Source: Lepidodermella squamata
Lineage: Eukaryota > Animalia > Gastrotricha
DNA: 64,000 nucleotides
NCBI GenBank assembly: GCA_047495785.1
Contig: JBLDXI010000031.1
Location: 1,054,001 to 1,118,000 of the forward strand
Reading direction: 5' to 3'
In this document: piece by piece, positions 1-11,219 of the stretch
Layout: each line of letters starts with the position of its first letter
How positions within the stretch are numbered: the first letter of the stretch is position 1
Notes under the pieces: model-generated
Seen by the model: the letters and a program-made list of their open reading frames with translations, nothing else
What the model was told of the DNA's origin: nothing
The model's database searches: none
Position numbers and translations under genes: made by a program

Positions 1-367
1 TTGTGTCCAATTTTTTAATCAGGTTTTTCATTTTGCCATAATTCTTGAGGCAAATTATTTATTCGTCGTTCTTGATTTCGGCGAGATTATGAATAACTCA
101 CCACGTCTGTTGAGATTTGCTCTGCTCGTATTTTTGGGTCGGCAGTTTGTATTATTAGGGGTAATAAATAAGGCACTCGCGCACACTAGCAAGCCACATT
201 GTTCAGCATTATATAATTATGATTTTATTTTTAATTTTTACTGCGCCGGAATTTATTTGTATCATTTTTTTACGCTAACTGAAAAAATGTCGCAACCCGT
301 ATAGTTTTCACTTGTGGCGGCTCATTTTCTTGTCATTCTCAGCCGGTTTTCAGATTTGATACACGAT

Positions 368-759
368 ATTTGTGGTGAAAAAGTTCATTTTTGAAAAATG
401 CTATTTTCCCGCTTTTGTCATTTTCCTGTAGTAAAGCTAAATTGGACCATATTCTTAGCAGGAAGTGATGTCAATACCGCCCCGTTCACAGATATTTTCA
501 TGTTGGACTGGATAGAAACGTTTCTGAATAACGAAATGAGATCCAGATGGGTTTTGACATTTTTGGGGGACTGCACCAAATTTGCAAAGCTGCAAGTTTC
601 GGGTTGTGCAATTGTTGATTTTTGTGGAAATTGGTGACATGGATGAATAGTGGACAACCTCTCGACTAAATCTGAACCCACCAACAAGAAAAATGATTGC
701 CACAAGTCACATCGGATACAAAATGGCATTTTTCAAAAATGAACTTTTTCACCATAAAT
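368..759. mobile_element. MITE-like element or internal inverted repeat of a non-autonomous DNA transposon
   Basis: ~40-bp near-perfect inverted arms at 368-407 (atttgtggtgaaaaagttcatttttgaaaaatgctatttt) and 720-759. No convincing coding content lies between them. Confidence 0.55.
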
Positions 760-1867
760 CACAAGAAGAATTTTCGTCACCAATTTCTCAAATTTTATTC
801 CAAGTTAACGAGGATTTTAGGAAAGTTTACAACTGACTAGATCTATCGACTGCGGTGAAACTCGCTCCAAATAATTCCTCATGGTTACGGAGTTATTAAA
901 AAAACTGCTCGGCGAAAAAATTATCATCCGTACTTGGAAATTTACCACCAATTAAAAATGGTAAGGAAAAATCCGGCGAAAAGGAGTTTGAAATCAAAAT
1001 TATACCCGATTTTCAACTAGTGTCTTTTGAAAAAGATGAATGGCGCATGATTGTTAACTCGATTGAAAACTATGAATTTTTCGGAAAAAGCAAGATCTTC
1101 AACTGTGGGGGTGGGTAAGAATTTCTCTTTGCCTGCCTTCGCCCTCTTCAAAACCGGAAACGGTAAATGACGCTCAGTCTAGAAGAGGTTTAAATAAAAC
1201 TATTATTATTATTAAAAATGGTTTATTTATTTATTATTTTTGTTGAGAATTTTTGTTGTAAATTTTTTTGAACTTTCCGGGCAGCTGAGAAACTCTTGAA
1301 ATGCGGCTCTATTATCAACTGAAGCGGAAAAATGAAGAGAACACTAGAAAATCATGATATTGATTTTTCCAGTAGTAAATGATACTAATGATAATGATAA
1401 CGCTGATGAAGAAACGCAAAGTCAGGTGCAGATCTCTAAAATACCTAAGTAAAAATCGAAATAAAATAAAATCGGAACAACGAAGCAGTAAAATGATGGC
1501 GGTCACGCTACAGCAATGGCCTCAGCCGACGTTTCGATTTGCTTGATGGTCTCCCTTAGACCCTTGGATGATGATTCTTCAATGTTTCAAACTGAATAAT
1601 TTTCAAACTGAATTATTCAATATTCAATCTCTATCTTAAAGCTAGTTTTAAGATAGAGGTACTGAGCCTGGAAACGCCATGGGCACCAATGTTGTGATGA
1701 ATCAGCATTGAGTGGTTGGAAAAGTAAACCAATCAGGTGATTTTTCGATTCCCGATTTCTCATTCAAGGTAATTTCCTTGGTGAACACTATGCCACTATT
1801 TTTTCGAAATTTTCAGAGCAATATAGAGCAGCCAAATCAGGGAAAAACAATTTCTTGATATCAAATA

Positions 1868-2173
1868 CTGTATACGGCTTAATTTTCGTCGTGTTTTTAT
1901 TTTCGTTATAGCCATGCGCAGCGAAAACGTTAACCCTCTGACATCGAGTTTTTCGGTGCTTTTGGCTCAATTTTCCAACTTTTTACACACTTTCGGCAGG
2001 TTGCCCTATGTTTGACCATATTTTCTAAAATGAGATAAAAATTCATAGCTGAGAGAGATTTCATTAAATCGGTACCTACCTATGCAATGAAATTCAATAG
2101 AAAAGGTGTCATAATTTTCGTGATTTTTGGAACAACGAAAATTAAGTCACACCGAAAAATAAACCGTATACAG
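1868..2173. mobile_element. Tc1/mariner-type MITE
   Basis: Ends read TA|ctgtatacgg ... ccgtatacag|TA, with imperfect ~25-bp inverted termini and TA flanks. Confidence 0.5.
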
Positions 2174-2308
2174 TAGACCAAATGATGACTAAATTAATTT
2201 GTTTTATTTTACGTCGTCCTATTTTATGTCCTTTTATATTTTACGTATACCTAGGCACGAAAATGTGATGTTAAAGTGTTAAAGCAGTTAATTTGATGAA
2301 AAAGCCTA

Positions 2309-3510
2309 TCGTTATTCCGCCCTCTGAAATACCCTTGGATCTCAGCAAGCGTTCGACGCAAAAATCGCGACTCGTCACTGTGGCTAAACTATTGATGCCC
2401 GATGAAATGGCTGAGAACTCTTGGATCGAAATTCATGTCGAAAAACTTAATTCGGCCCCGAGAGTAAGCCCGTTCCCAGGCAGCTTCGAGGCCGCCCTCG
2501 CGATAGCATCCCTGTATAAAAATCGCTAACAAGCCTGCGTAGACCAACAAAACTTGAAACGCGTTAGTCCACATTGTCCCACGAATACCGCCCATTGATG
2601 CGTAGAAAATACAAATCGTCGTCGGTGCGGCCAAAAGTAATATGTCCAAGAGTGATAATTTTGAGATAAATCGTAAAAACAGCTTTATTTTCGAAATTTT
2701 CAGTAAAATATGTCACCGAGATGACCATGGGGGTAATTGATTACGGCGGATCGAATGGCGCCGGCCATTTCTACCGGTGATGCACCGTTTTTGCGCAATT
2801 GAGACATTCGTTGGACATATTACTGTTTCGTACTTTTTTCGTTATTTTGTTATGGGGTTTTAACATAGGGTGGTTCGATTCCTCGTGCACACATCCATTT
2901 TTTAAGGTATTTTATTTTTAAGCGTGAGAAAGAGGATTATTTTTCACTTGGCATCAACATCGCGCTGCTGTGGTTCGATCCCTCATGCGTGCATCTATTT
3001 TTTCGGCGATTTTTACACTACCATTTTGCTCGCAATTGAGTGATTTTTTGCTGGACATATTACTTTTGGTGCCCTTTTCGAACTCGTGCCATGGACATAT
3101 TACTGTTGATTCTGCCGACAAATTGACCTGGTAAAAAAGTCACGAAAGTGGACATATTACTTTTGATCCCTGGCGAATTTTGAGATGCGGTTTTCAGAAT
3201 AATGACCGGCGTTAAATTCTGAGTTCGGTACTGAAAAAATCTCATTTTCGATTTTGGATGGACATATTACTTTTGGCCGCACCGACGACGAAATAGCGGA
3301 TGTAGCTAGCGCCGAATACCAAAAGTTGATACCGAGTACAGCTTCGATCGCCAAAGATAGGGCATAAATCACCATCGACATGTAGAACAGGCTTTGGACA
3401 ACGAAAATCGCGGAACACGCAACCCTGACAGATTTTGAGAATCGCATTTCGAGATATTCGTAAGCACTTGTTAACTTGAGTTGGTAGAAAATAGGCAAGA
3501 AAAATGTAGG
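2309..3510 (-). pseudogene. Rearranged second SLC5 (SMCT-like) fragment, interrupted by a transposon and internally deleted
   Basis: Encodes FLPIFYQLKLTSAYEYLEMRFS...ATSAI, then the insertion, then ICIFYASMGGIRG...FDPRV, then jumps to SSGINSLATVT...GITI. These are diverged duplicates of segments in 3511-5258. Confidence 0.8.
2617..3290. mobile_element. Non-autonomous TIR transposon with a 4-bp AAAT target-site duplication (Sola1-like)
   Basis: Perfect ~32-bp TIR cgtcgtcggtgcggccaaaagtaatatgtcca. AAAT occurs at 2613-2616 and 3291-3294, while the uninterrupted paralog has a single aaat (caaatagcggatg). The motif ggacatattact recurs internally. AWWT TSDs are typical of Sola1. Confidence 0.8.
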
Positions 3511-5258
3511 CACCGAGGATAGGGCCGCCAAACGCGCTGAAGAGGCCCATCGCAGATTCCAGCAACCCTGGGACGTACTGTATCGGTAGAATTAGTAGGG
3601 CGCAAAGGCAGCCATACATTGCTGAAATGATCTTCGCAGCTATTGTTATTCCGCCCTCTGAAATACCCTTGGATCTCAGCAAGCGTTCGACACAAAAGTC
3701 GCGACACGTCACTGTGGCTAAACTATTGATGCCTGATGAAATCGCTGAGAGGGTGGCCGAGAAAATCGCTGCAATGAAGAGGCCGGGCAAGCCAGGCAAA
3801 TCTTCGGCTACGACATCGATGACGTAGTAGATGAGCAGTTGGTCTCTCTTCGCAATGAATCCCGCTTCAACGAGATCGCAATAGTGGTATCTCGAGAAGA
3901 TCAAAATGCCGAGAAGGGAAGGTATCAAAATCATGAGAACCATTCCAGGAACGCAAAGCCAATAAGAAATAACAGCCTGGATTAGGTGATCGTTTAAATA
4001 GAAGCAAGGAGAGCATGAAGTCACCTACCTGTTTTAGAGAACGTGAAGTCAGGCCTCGCTGGACTTGTGTCTGGTTCACGCAGTGAACATACATGCGATT
4101 GAAGATAGCTCCAATCGTAACAGTCCAGAAAGAATGTCGAACTCTTGGATCGAAATTCATGTCGAAAAACTCAATTCGGCCCCGAGAGTAAGCCCGTTCC
4201 CAGGCAGCTTCGAAGCCGCCCTCACGATAGCATCCCTGGATGAAAATCGCTATCAAACCGGCGTAGACCAGCAAAACTTGAAACGCGTTCGTCCACATTG
4301 TGCCACGAATACCACCCATCGATGCGTAAAAAATGCAAATAGCGGATGTAGCTAATGCGGAGTACCAAAAGTTGATTCCGAGGACAGCTTCGATCGCCAA
4401 AGATGGGGCATAAATTACCATTGACATATAGAACAGGCTTTGGACAACGAAAATCGCGGAACACGCGACCCTGACAGATTTTGAGAATCGCATTTCAAGA
4501 TATTCATAAGCACTTGTTAGCTTCAACTGGTAGAAAATTGGCAAGAAGACGTGGGCGGATACTGCAGTCACAACAGGGTAAGCCACGATGAACAGCATAA
4601 ACTGCGTACCGAATGTGAAAATTTCGCTAGGGGTCCCTAGTAGAGTTATGGCTGAAACGAAACTGGCGAGAAGGCTCAAAGAAACAGGCAAGAGGCCCAT
4701 TTGGCGGCTACCTAACATGTAGCCAGCTTGGTTGTTCTGGCCTTTCGCGCGAAATCCGTAGTAGACACCCGTGACCGTCGGAGTAACGACAATAACAGCG
4801 AAAATTATGAAGTCATACCAATGAAGAGAAGCCTTGCCCTGGCCACGTTCCTTCAGATTCACGTTTGCTCTCAGTGAAGCAGCACCTCGAATTGTGGCAA
4901 AAATCGTATAAACTCGAAAATCTGACGGCGCAAAGGATCCATTTAACACTACCATGACCTCGATTACTGAACCGTTCAGGGCGGTAACATCAAAGAAAAA
5001 TGGCTCGACTGGTGAATGGGATTCCTCATAAACCAAAAGTTCGTCTTCTTTGACGTAAATTGATGAGGTGAATTTGACTAGATCCGGTCGGGTGGTTACG
5101 TTGAAGAGCTTGCAAGTAAAATTTGCTTGCTGAGCATTGCGCCGAGTGAACACGTAGGGTGGGCAGACGAGCGATGGCGATTCTTGGAATTGAGCAAAGC
5201 TGGGCAAAGATAAAAATGCCAAGAAAAGGCACGCTGAATTCAAAACACTGATCATCAT
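3471..5258 (-). CDS. Sodium:solute symporter (SLC5A8/SMCT-like) with an extra N-terminal secreted domain; 3' end truncated or rearranged
   Basis: SSS motifs LSLLASFVSAITLLGTPSE, SAYEYLEMRF, GGIRGTMWTNAFQ and PGLPGLFIAAIFSATLS. Intron 3977-4028 joins SLKQ|AVISY. Homology breaks after FGGPILGAY (~3510). Confidence 0.8.
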
Positions 5259-6069
5259 TAAAATGTGGTGCCCTATGATATAAATACAACCTCATTTAGC
5301 ATGAGCAGTGAGCAGTGATGTTTAGAATGTAGAATGATGAAAAATATCAAAAAGTCGATGAATATTCCAGGTAAGATATTCATTTTATCTTTCGCGTGCC
5401 ATTTTGGAAGTCAGACTAAAATTTAACCTTGAATTCAAATGAACTCAAAATGTAGACAGGCGCCAGACATCTTTTTCTGATTTTCCAGACCAAGCCATGA
5501 CCAAGCGCGTGCTTTGCGAAATTAACCTTATTTCAAGTACCTAGAACTACTTTAAAGCAGCAGATGCTTTCTTGTGTGTTGTATAGTCACGAGATGCAGT
5601 CCAATCACGTGGATGCCCGAGACTTATATTTCGGAGTATTTTGCAACGTTACCAAATTTCACAACTTGGCACAGACTTCGCAAATCGCAGACTAAAATAT
5701 ACGTCTCCAATGACGGCTTTCCTTTGACGGACTTTTCCCGATAACTCTAGAATAAGAGGGCGCCAATATAAAGAAGGAATTCCATTGGTGCTTCATATAT
5801 AACGGCGCTTCTCGCTTCTTACGCCCTGTCATAAACTTCACCTCAACTCTGATGCAGTTCTCGGATTTCCTCATATCGATAAACGATCGCCTGTCGGTTA
5901 ATATTCGGATTTTGGGAATCGAGTTCTTTATTCGAATTTCCGGTTCAAATTATAGTTCGAAGTTGCGACTCTCATTCAGATATGTTCAAAAATACAGTTT
6001 ATTCCTCAATTTTCATCATATCAGGTTCAATAAGCAAACAAAATTAATCGAAATCGTATGCAATTTTTT

Positions 6070-7139
6070 TCAGTCTGTGGTTTTGTGAACTTGGTTTATC
6101 TTTGTCAGTAAATTGTTCTCCCGCTCGCGAATTTTCGCCAATATTTCCAACTCAGCCGCTGCCGTCAAGTCGCGACTAGTTTTCTCAATCAGCTGCTTTA
6201 TCATCTCGCGATCAAGGCCATCAAGCGCTTTCTGAGCCAACTCTTTAGCGTGGGCTTCATCTTCCAATGCCTTAGCCTGAGAATGAGCTTGAGGCAAAAC
6301 CGATTTGGCTGGTTGAACAGCCGGTTTCGCAGAGGCCTCTTGCGATTTAGGTGGGGCTGGTGTCATAGTGCTGAGACTTCGTTGCGCAGTGGTAGGTATT
6401 GACGAATCCACTGTCGTCGCGTTTCTCGACATAGTTGAGGCTGTTGCAATCGCAGGGTTGATGTAGGTTTTGTAAAATGACTCGGGACAGCCTTCGAATA
6501 GAGGTGGAGGCCACGGCACGGAAGCTGGCGGTGCCGTTTCGAGGGTGAACTGTTTGCAAATAACTGTTTCTTCGTGCAGGCGATGGAAGTAAAACTCCCA
6601 CAACTTGTGATGCTGAACAATCCTAAACAGTTGAAAAGAAACTCAGTAATCGTACGAAGCTACGAACCATTCAAAAACTTGCATGTTGTTCATGAATTTT
6701 ACAAATTCGCTGAGCTGTTCGATCGGAACCGTAGGCGTGCCACTGGCGTGTTTCGAAGCGATATCAACCGCTGCCATTTTTAAATCGCGAATGCTGTCCG
6801 CAACTGACGCGTTCTTCATTTTGATATCCGCAAGTTGGCGTCGGGCGACATCGAAAACAACACTGGCAGCTTCAAGACTTAATTGATGCTCCTTGCACCA
6901 CCAAATTATGGTGACGAAAAAGTCGACGATGCAAGCATCACCCAGATCGAATTTGAAGCCTTTCAGCTGAAGTAAATTCGCTACGGTACTAGAAACATTA
7001 AATATCAGCATAATTTCATTTGAGCTTATGAAACTTGCTCTTCAACGCTCGGAGAAAAAGGCTGTGAGTACACCATCTTTAGGAAGGCCTCGACTGAAAC
7101 TGTAGTCCATGGCGGTTGTAGAGTCCCTAAAGGCTCCAT
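6070..7139 (-). CDS. C8orf74/CABCOCO1 (CLAMP-domain) ciliary protein homolog, multi-exon; ends approximate
   Basis: Exons read DFFVTIIWWCKEHQLS, then IVQHHKLWEFYF...PWPPPLFEG, then a C-terminal coiled coil. The first exon and splice phase are not resolved. Confidence 0.55.
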
Positions 7140-7348
7140 TTTACAATTAAAACCTATTAATTACGATTTGAAGAAAAATCTCAGTTCATTCATGCAAAAA
7201 TAATGAATAAATAATTTGTAAAATTCCACGATAAAAGCATCACCGAAATACCAGTTCGGACATCAAAAAAAACAATAAATATCTCATTCAAAATTCGGAA
7301 AACGTTTCATGAACGGAATAATCTACGGTTTCTGGCTACTAAAAAATC

Positions 7349-8362
7349 TCAATAAGGGCAGTCAGTATCGGGTTCTGCGGTAAATTTTGATAAATCCAGG
7401 CGTGGCACTAAAAATTGAGCATTTCCTTCCGTAAAAGGTTTCGTTTTGTCGATGAAGTATTTCAGCTGTTCGTGAACGTCTAGCGTGGTGCTGATGAGAT
7501 CGGCGCGGCTGTTGCGCAGAAAATTGACTGCTTCCTGCAGTTTATCAATGTAATTTTCGCGTTTTCTCACTTCAGCTTGCTGTTTACGCAGCTCTTCGGC
7601 GTGTTTCGATTGAAGTTCTTGCAAAACTGCGGCCATTTGAGACTGAAATTTCTTATCTTGATCGGCGAGTGATGCTACGCGTTTAGCTTCAGCCTTTCTC
7701 TCGGCTTCGGCAACTCTTTCTGCTTGAATTTTCTCCATTTCACGTCTGATTTCTACCTTCTCCTTCTCGAATACGATGTTGACTTCTTCAACCTTCTTCA
7801 AGGCCTCAGCGTCTTTCATTGCAATCGTTCTTTCGAGCTCTGTGGTGAGTTTATGTTCATGCTGCAGCCGCTGTTCTCTGAGAGTGATTCGTCAATAAAG
7901 GTGATCGATTTATCAATTTCGTGACTTACTCGAGAGTATTTTGCAATTCTTGGCTCATTTTGTTTTGTAACACGCGGAGATATTCAGACATATCGGTTTG
8001 CAATTTGGCCTCTCGTTTTGCAATTTCCTCTTGCACGCGGTCCTCATTTTGGCCAAGTAAGTTGTTAATTTCTTGACGATGTTGGGCTTTGCATTCATCG
8101 AGCCGCCGAGCGATCTCGCGCTCAAACTTTCGTTTCATCTTCTCTCCTATTGCAGCTTGGGCTTCTGCCACTGCCTTTTGCTTTTCTTCCTGGAATCTCA
8201 GTTCTCTCTCGTCCAGAATGTTCTCACCTAGTTCTGAAAATTCAATATAGCTTACGGATTATATTATTATAGAATATCACGCTTACCCAAGATTTCCGCA
8301 TGTGTTAAATGCTTCGCAGCTATTTCACTCTCAGATAACAAATTAACATTGCGATGATCCAT
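7349..8362 (-). CDS. C6orf163-like coiled-coil protein, multi-exon
   Basis: N-terminal LTHAEILELGENIL and C-terminal LKYFIDKTKPFTEGNAQFLVP resemble C6orf163. Long heptad coiled coil in between; short GT-AG introns. Confidence 0.6.
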
Positions 8363-8943
8363 CTAAAGTGTCATTCAAATCACAGACAGATCATTAAAGT
8401 TTTACATCCGAGTTGTTTAAAGGTCGTGCACAATACGAGAAAATGAGGCATTGTTAGAATGTGATAACATTGGAGTTCAGATAGTAGTACGTCAATTAGC
8501 CTTATTGAGTTTTTATACTGAGATTGTTAGGTGAATAAAGCGTTTTGAGAAAAAGGAAGCGGCATTATAATTATCAAATATAATTCAACAGTCAAAATTA
8601 ACGACTGGCAACGCATGGGTTCTGTGTTAACCTACTCTATGTATCGTTCCACATGGAGGATAGCGGCAAGGCAAAAATTTAACAAAAAAGTTCTTTAGCT
8701 TAAATTCTGTGTACCTTTTTTGTTTATCATATCCGTTGTAAGAATGTAAGAATAAATTGGGCAAAAAGCCGAATTATACAGATGTGATATTTTACGATTT
8801 GTTTACTATCACAGAAGGATGTGGTGATTTGACACTACTCAGAATGATTTATGGTGATCTCATTCCTCGCATTTGGGTTCACTACTCGTGTTAGACGACA
8901 ATTTAGTACAACAGACAGCTCTTTGACGTTGCTGTTTCAAATT

Positions 8944-9114
8944 TCGTTGGTAGAAGTGCGCTCTCAGATCGCTATCAGACGGTCAAGATTAAGGTTAGGG
9001 TTAGGGGTCAGGGTTATGTTTAGGGTTAGGGTTAGGGTTAGGGTTAGGTTGGGGGTGGGTGCCCTCTGAGCCCTCTGAGAGCGATGCCCTCTGAGAGCGC
9101 ACTTCTACCAACGA
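8944..9114. mobile_element. MITE enclosing a telomeric (TTAGGG)n tract
   Basis: Perfect inverted repeat (aatt)tcgttggtagaagtgcgctctcaga at 8940-8968 and 9090-9118. AATT may be the TSD. About 9 perfect or degenerate TTAGGG units at ~8990-9050, plus 3x gccctctgag. Confidence 0.75.
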
Positions 9115-9726
9115 AATTGGAGGAAGCTTGACGTTGGCCATCACATCGGTGTAAAAGTGGCTTATAGAAACGGACAGTAGTGAGAGTGAACAAAACTTTG
9201 TGAAACGGATGCATTTGCCTTTTCCTGGAAGATGCTTTTGCTTTTATCTATAGGCTAAAAAGCGCAGACGGGAGCGCAGAAGTCTTCCATTCCAAAATGC
9301 GCTACTTGGGACTGCGGATCACACATAGCAACGTTTATAATTATAAAAATAAAAATCAATCCTGGATTGATTCAACTATTTTTTGTATTTATTTTATTTT
9401 TTATTTATAATGTGTGAAAAATCACCGCGTAGCACATGGTTGTGAACCTACCTAACAACCACCGCGAATTGCCCACGCGCTCACAGCCTTTAAAGGTCTT
9501 CCGAATCTCTCATGTCGAATCTGTCTACTGTAGCTTGTAGCCTGTGTTTCAGTTGCAAAGGCACTAACTGATACCCTGAATGGCTTTCTTGTCTACTCAG
9601 TCACCTTTGCTGTAGGCTAATCCTGTTGGCGATTGCTGTTTTTGGGCATGTTTTGATCGATGAGTTGGAGCGGAAGTACTTGGTTAGTACTTCAGTTTTG
9701 AAATAATTATCGAATATTTGTAGTTA

Positions 9727-9791
9727 ATGATGAATACCTATTTAACATCCACTAGATCCTTCAGAAAAACATTGTTGATACATTAATCTGA
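9727..9791 (+). ncRNA. Intronic box C/D snoRNA, copy 1
   Basis: C box ATGATGA (9727), guide tccactagatcctt followed by D' CAGA, C' TGTTGA, D box CTGA (9788-9791). The D box lies 72 nt upstream of the 3' splice site. Confidence 0.75.
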
Positions 9792-10003
9792 GCTATCATT
9801 AGAATTTGAAACAAGCTGTCCTTTTATTTGAAACATTACTTATGAACTTGATGCTTTTTTCAGACCGCTATCAGCTTCTGCTGTTATTGAATGCTATCGG
9901 CGTTGCAGTCCTTGCTTGAAATGCAGCTCCATTTAGTCTTGTTCTGTGGATGAAATTGTAAGTCTTTTTAGAATTACCGTTCGCGATCCGAAGCCCATCT
10001 TTT

Positions 10004-10067
10004 ATGATGAGACACATTTACATTTCCACTAGATCCTTCTGAGTTATTTGATGACTATTTTTCCTGA
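10004..10067 (+). ncRNA. Intronic box C/D snoRNA, copy 2
   Basis: C box ATGATGA (10004), the same 14-nt guide followed by D' CTGA, C' TGATGA, D box CTGA (10064-10067). The D box lies 71 nt upstream of the 3' splice site. Confidence 0.8.
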
Positions 10068-11219
10068 GGCAACTAGCTTATAAATTATGAATATCGTCAA
10101 TTTTTGTCATCTACCTAACGTGTTATTGTTTTCTACAGTGAACAGCCTCACGCCATTGCTCAATTGTTGCCGCGATACTAGATTCGACGATCATTCGACC
10201 CTGCAATCTTCTATCACGATTGTCACCGCATGAAGATGTGCTATCTGTTATCGAAAATCGGATCGGAAGAAACTTGATTCAGAATATATCTGCAACTGAT
10301 TAAATTTTTGATATGCGTCTATTAAAATTGCTTCATATAATTTCATCAATTGCTTGAGTAATAAAAACTGGGTTTTACAATGGATTGATTCATAGTTGGC
10401 TTGTATAATTATTTACCGGCGAGAGCCGACAGTTTTCTGGTTCTGTATTATTTTTGAACACTTTTCCATATCATGCATATTCCAAGCAGCTGTACTTCGT
10501 TGATCAGAATCAGATTTTATCTATATTAAGGAATCAATTCGATAAACGTGGTCTCATTGAAACGGCTAGATGCAGAGAATGCAGAAATTGCGGCAAAACC
10601 GGTGCTCTGCGATGGTTCTCTCGAATCGCCTCGAAGCAAGACACTATCGAGCAGTAGCAACAAGTTTGCTTCGCGTTTTAATGCGGCGTTGGAGTAACGC
10701 GATATAATCGCCATTGTGAACTTCATGCCCAATGCCCACCAATGGCGCTGCATTTGGTTAATCGTCGCATACATAACAGTCAGATGAAAAAGGTAGTTGA
10801 AAAAGGTAGTTGAGAGCTTCGTGTTGCCTTATAACGCAACAACATTTTTATCGCAAGTTCATGATAAACTTCGTGACTACAATCGAAACCGCTCATTTTA
10901 CGATGCCTGACAGCCATGTATTTCAATCATGCTGCTCTAAAAATACAGCATCTACCTACTGCGAGGAAGTCATAATTTCGGAGAGCATTGAAGAATTAGC
11001 TATTTAAAAACTTCGCCGGTCTTTTTCGTATTATATGCTAGTGCCTACGGTTAGTTTTGCTGTTTGACGAATCTGAAACAATGGCGGCTAACGCGTAGGT
11101 TGCGGCGACGTGTTTATTGTGCTCTTGGATGTGCACGTAGGCAGTGCTGTTGTTGTCAAACTCATTCACGATTTCAAACGGCACGTACGAAAGAGCGCAC
11201 ACCGACAAAAGTTTTCACG

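Larger units (their letters stand above)
9487..10365 (+). ncRNA. Spliced non-coding snoRNA host gene (UHG/GAS5-like); 5' end approximate
   Basis: Two 181-nt GT-AG introns (9683-9863 and 9958-10138). The middle exon has stops in all three frames. AATAAA at ~10360. Confidence 0.6.

Noticed and set aside
1629-1658. 30-bp palindrome as a terminator or Helitron end
   Set aside because: It is isolated, with no supporting context.
8990-9050. True telomere
   Set aside because: The tract is short, degenerate, internal and enclosed by TIRs.
11064-11219. N-terminal extension of the desaturase given in the ORF track
   Set aside because: It relies on a TTG start; the first ATG at 11220 directly precedes the cytochrome b5 domain.
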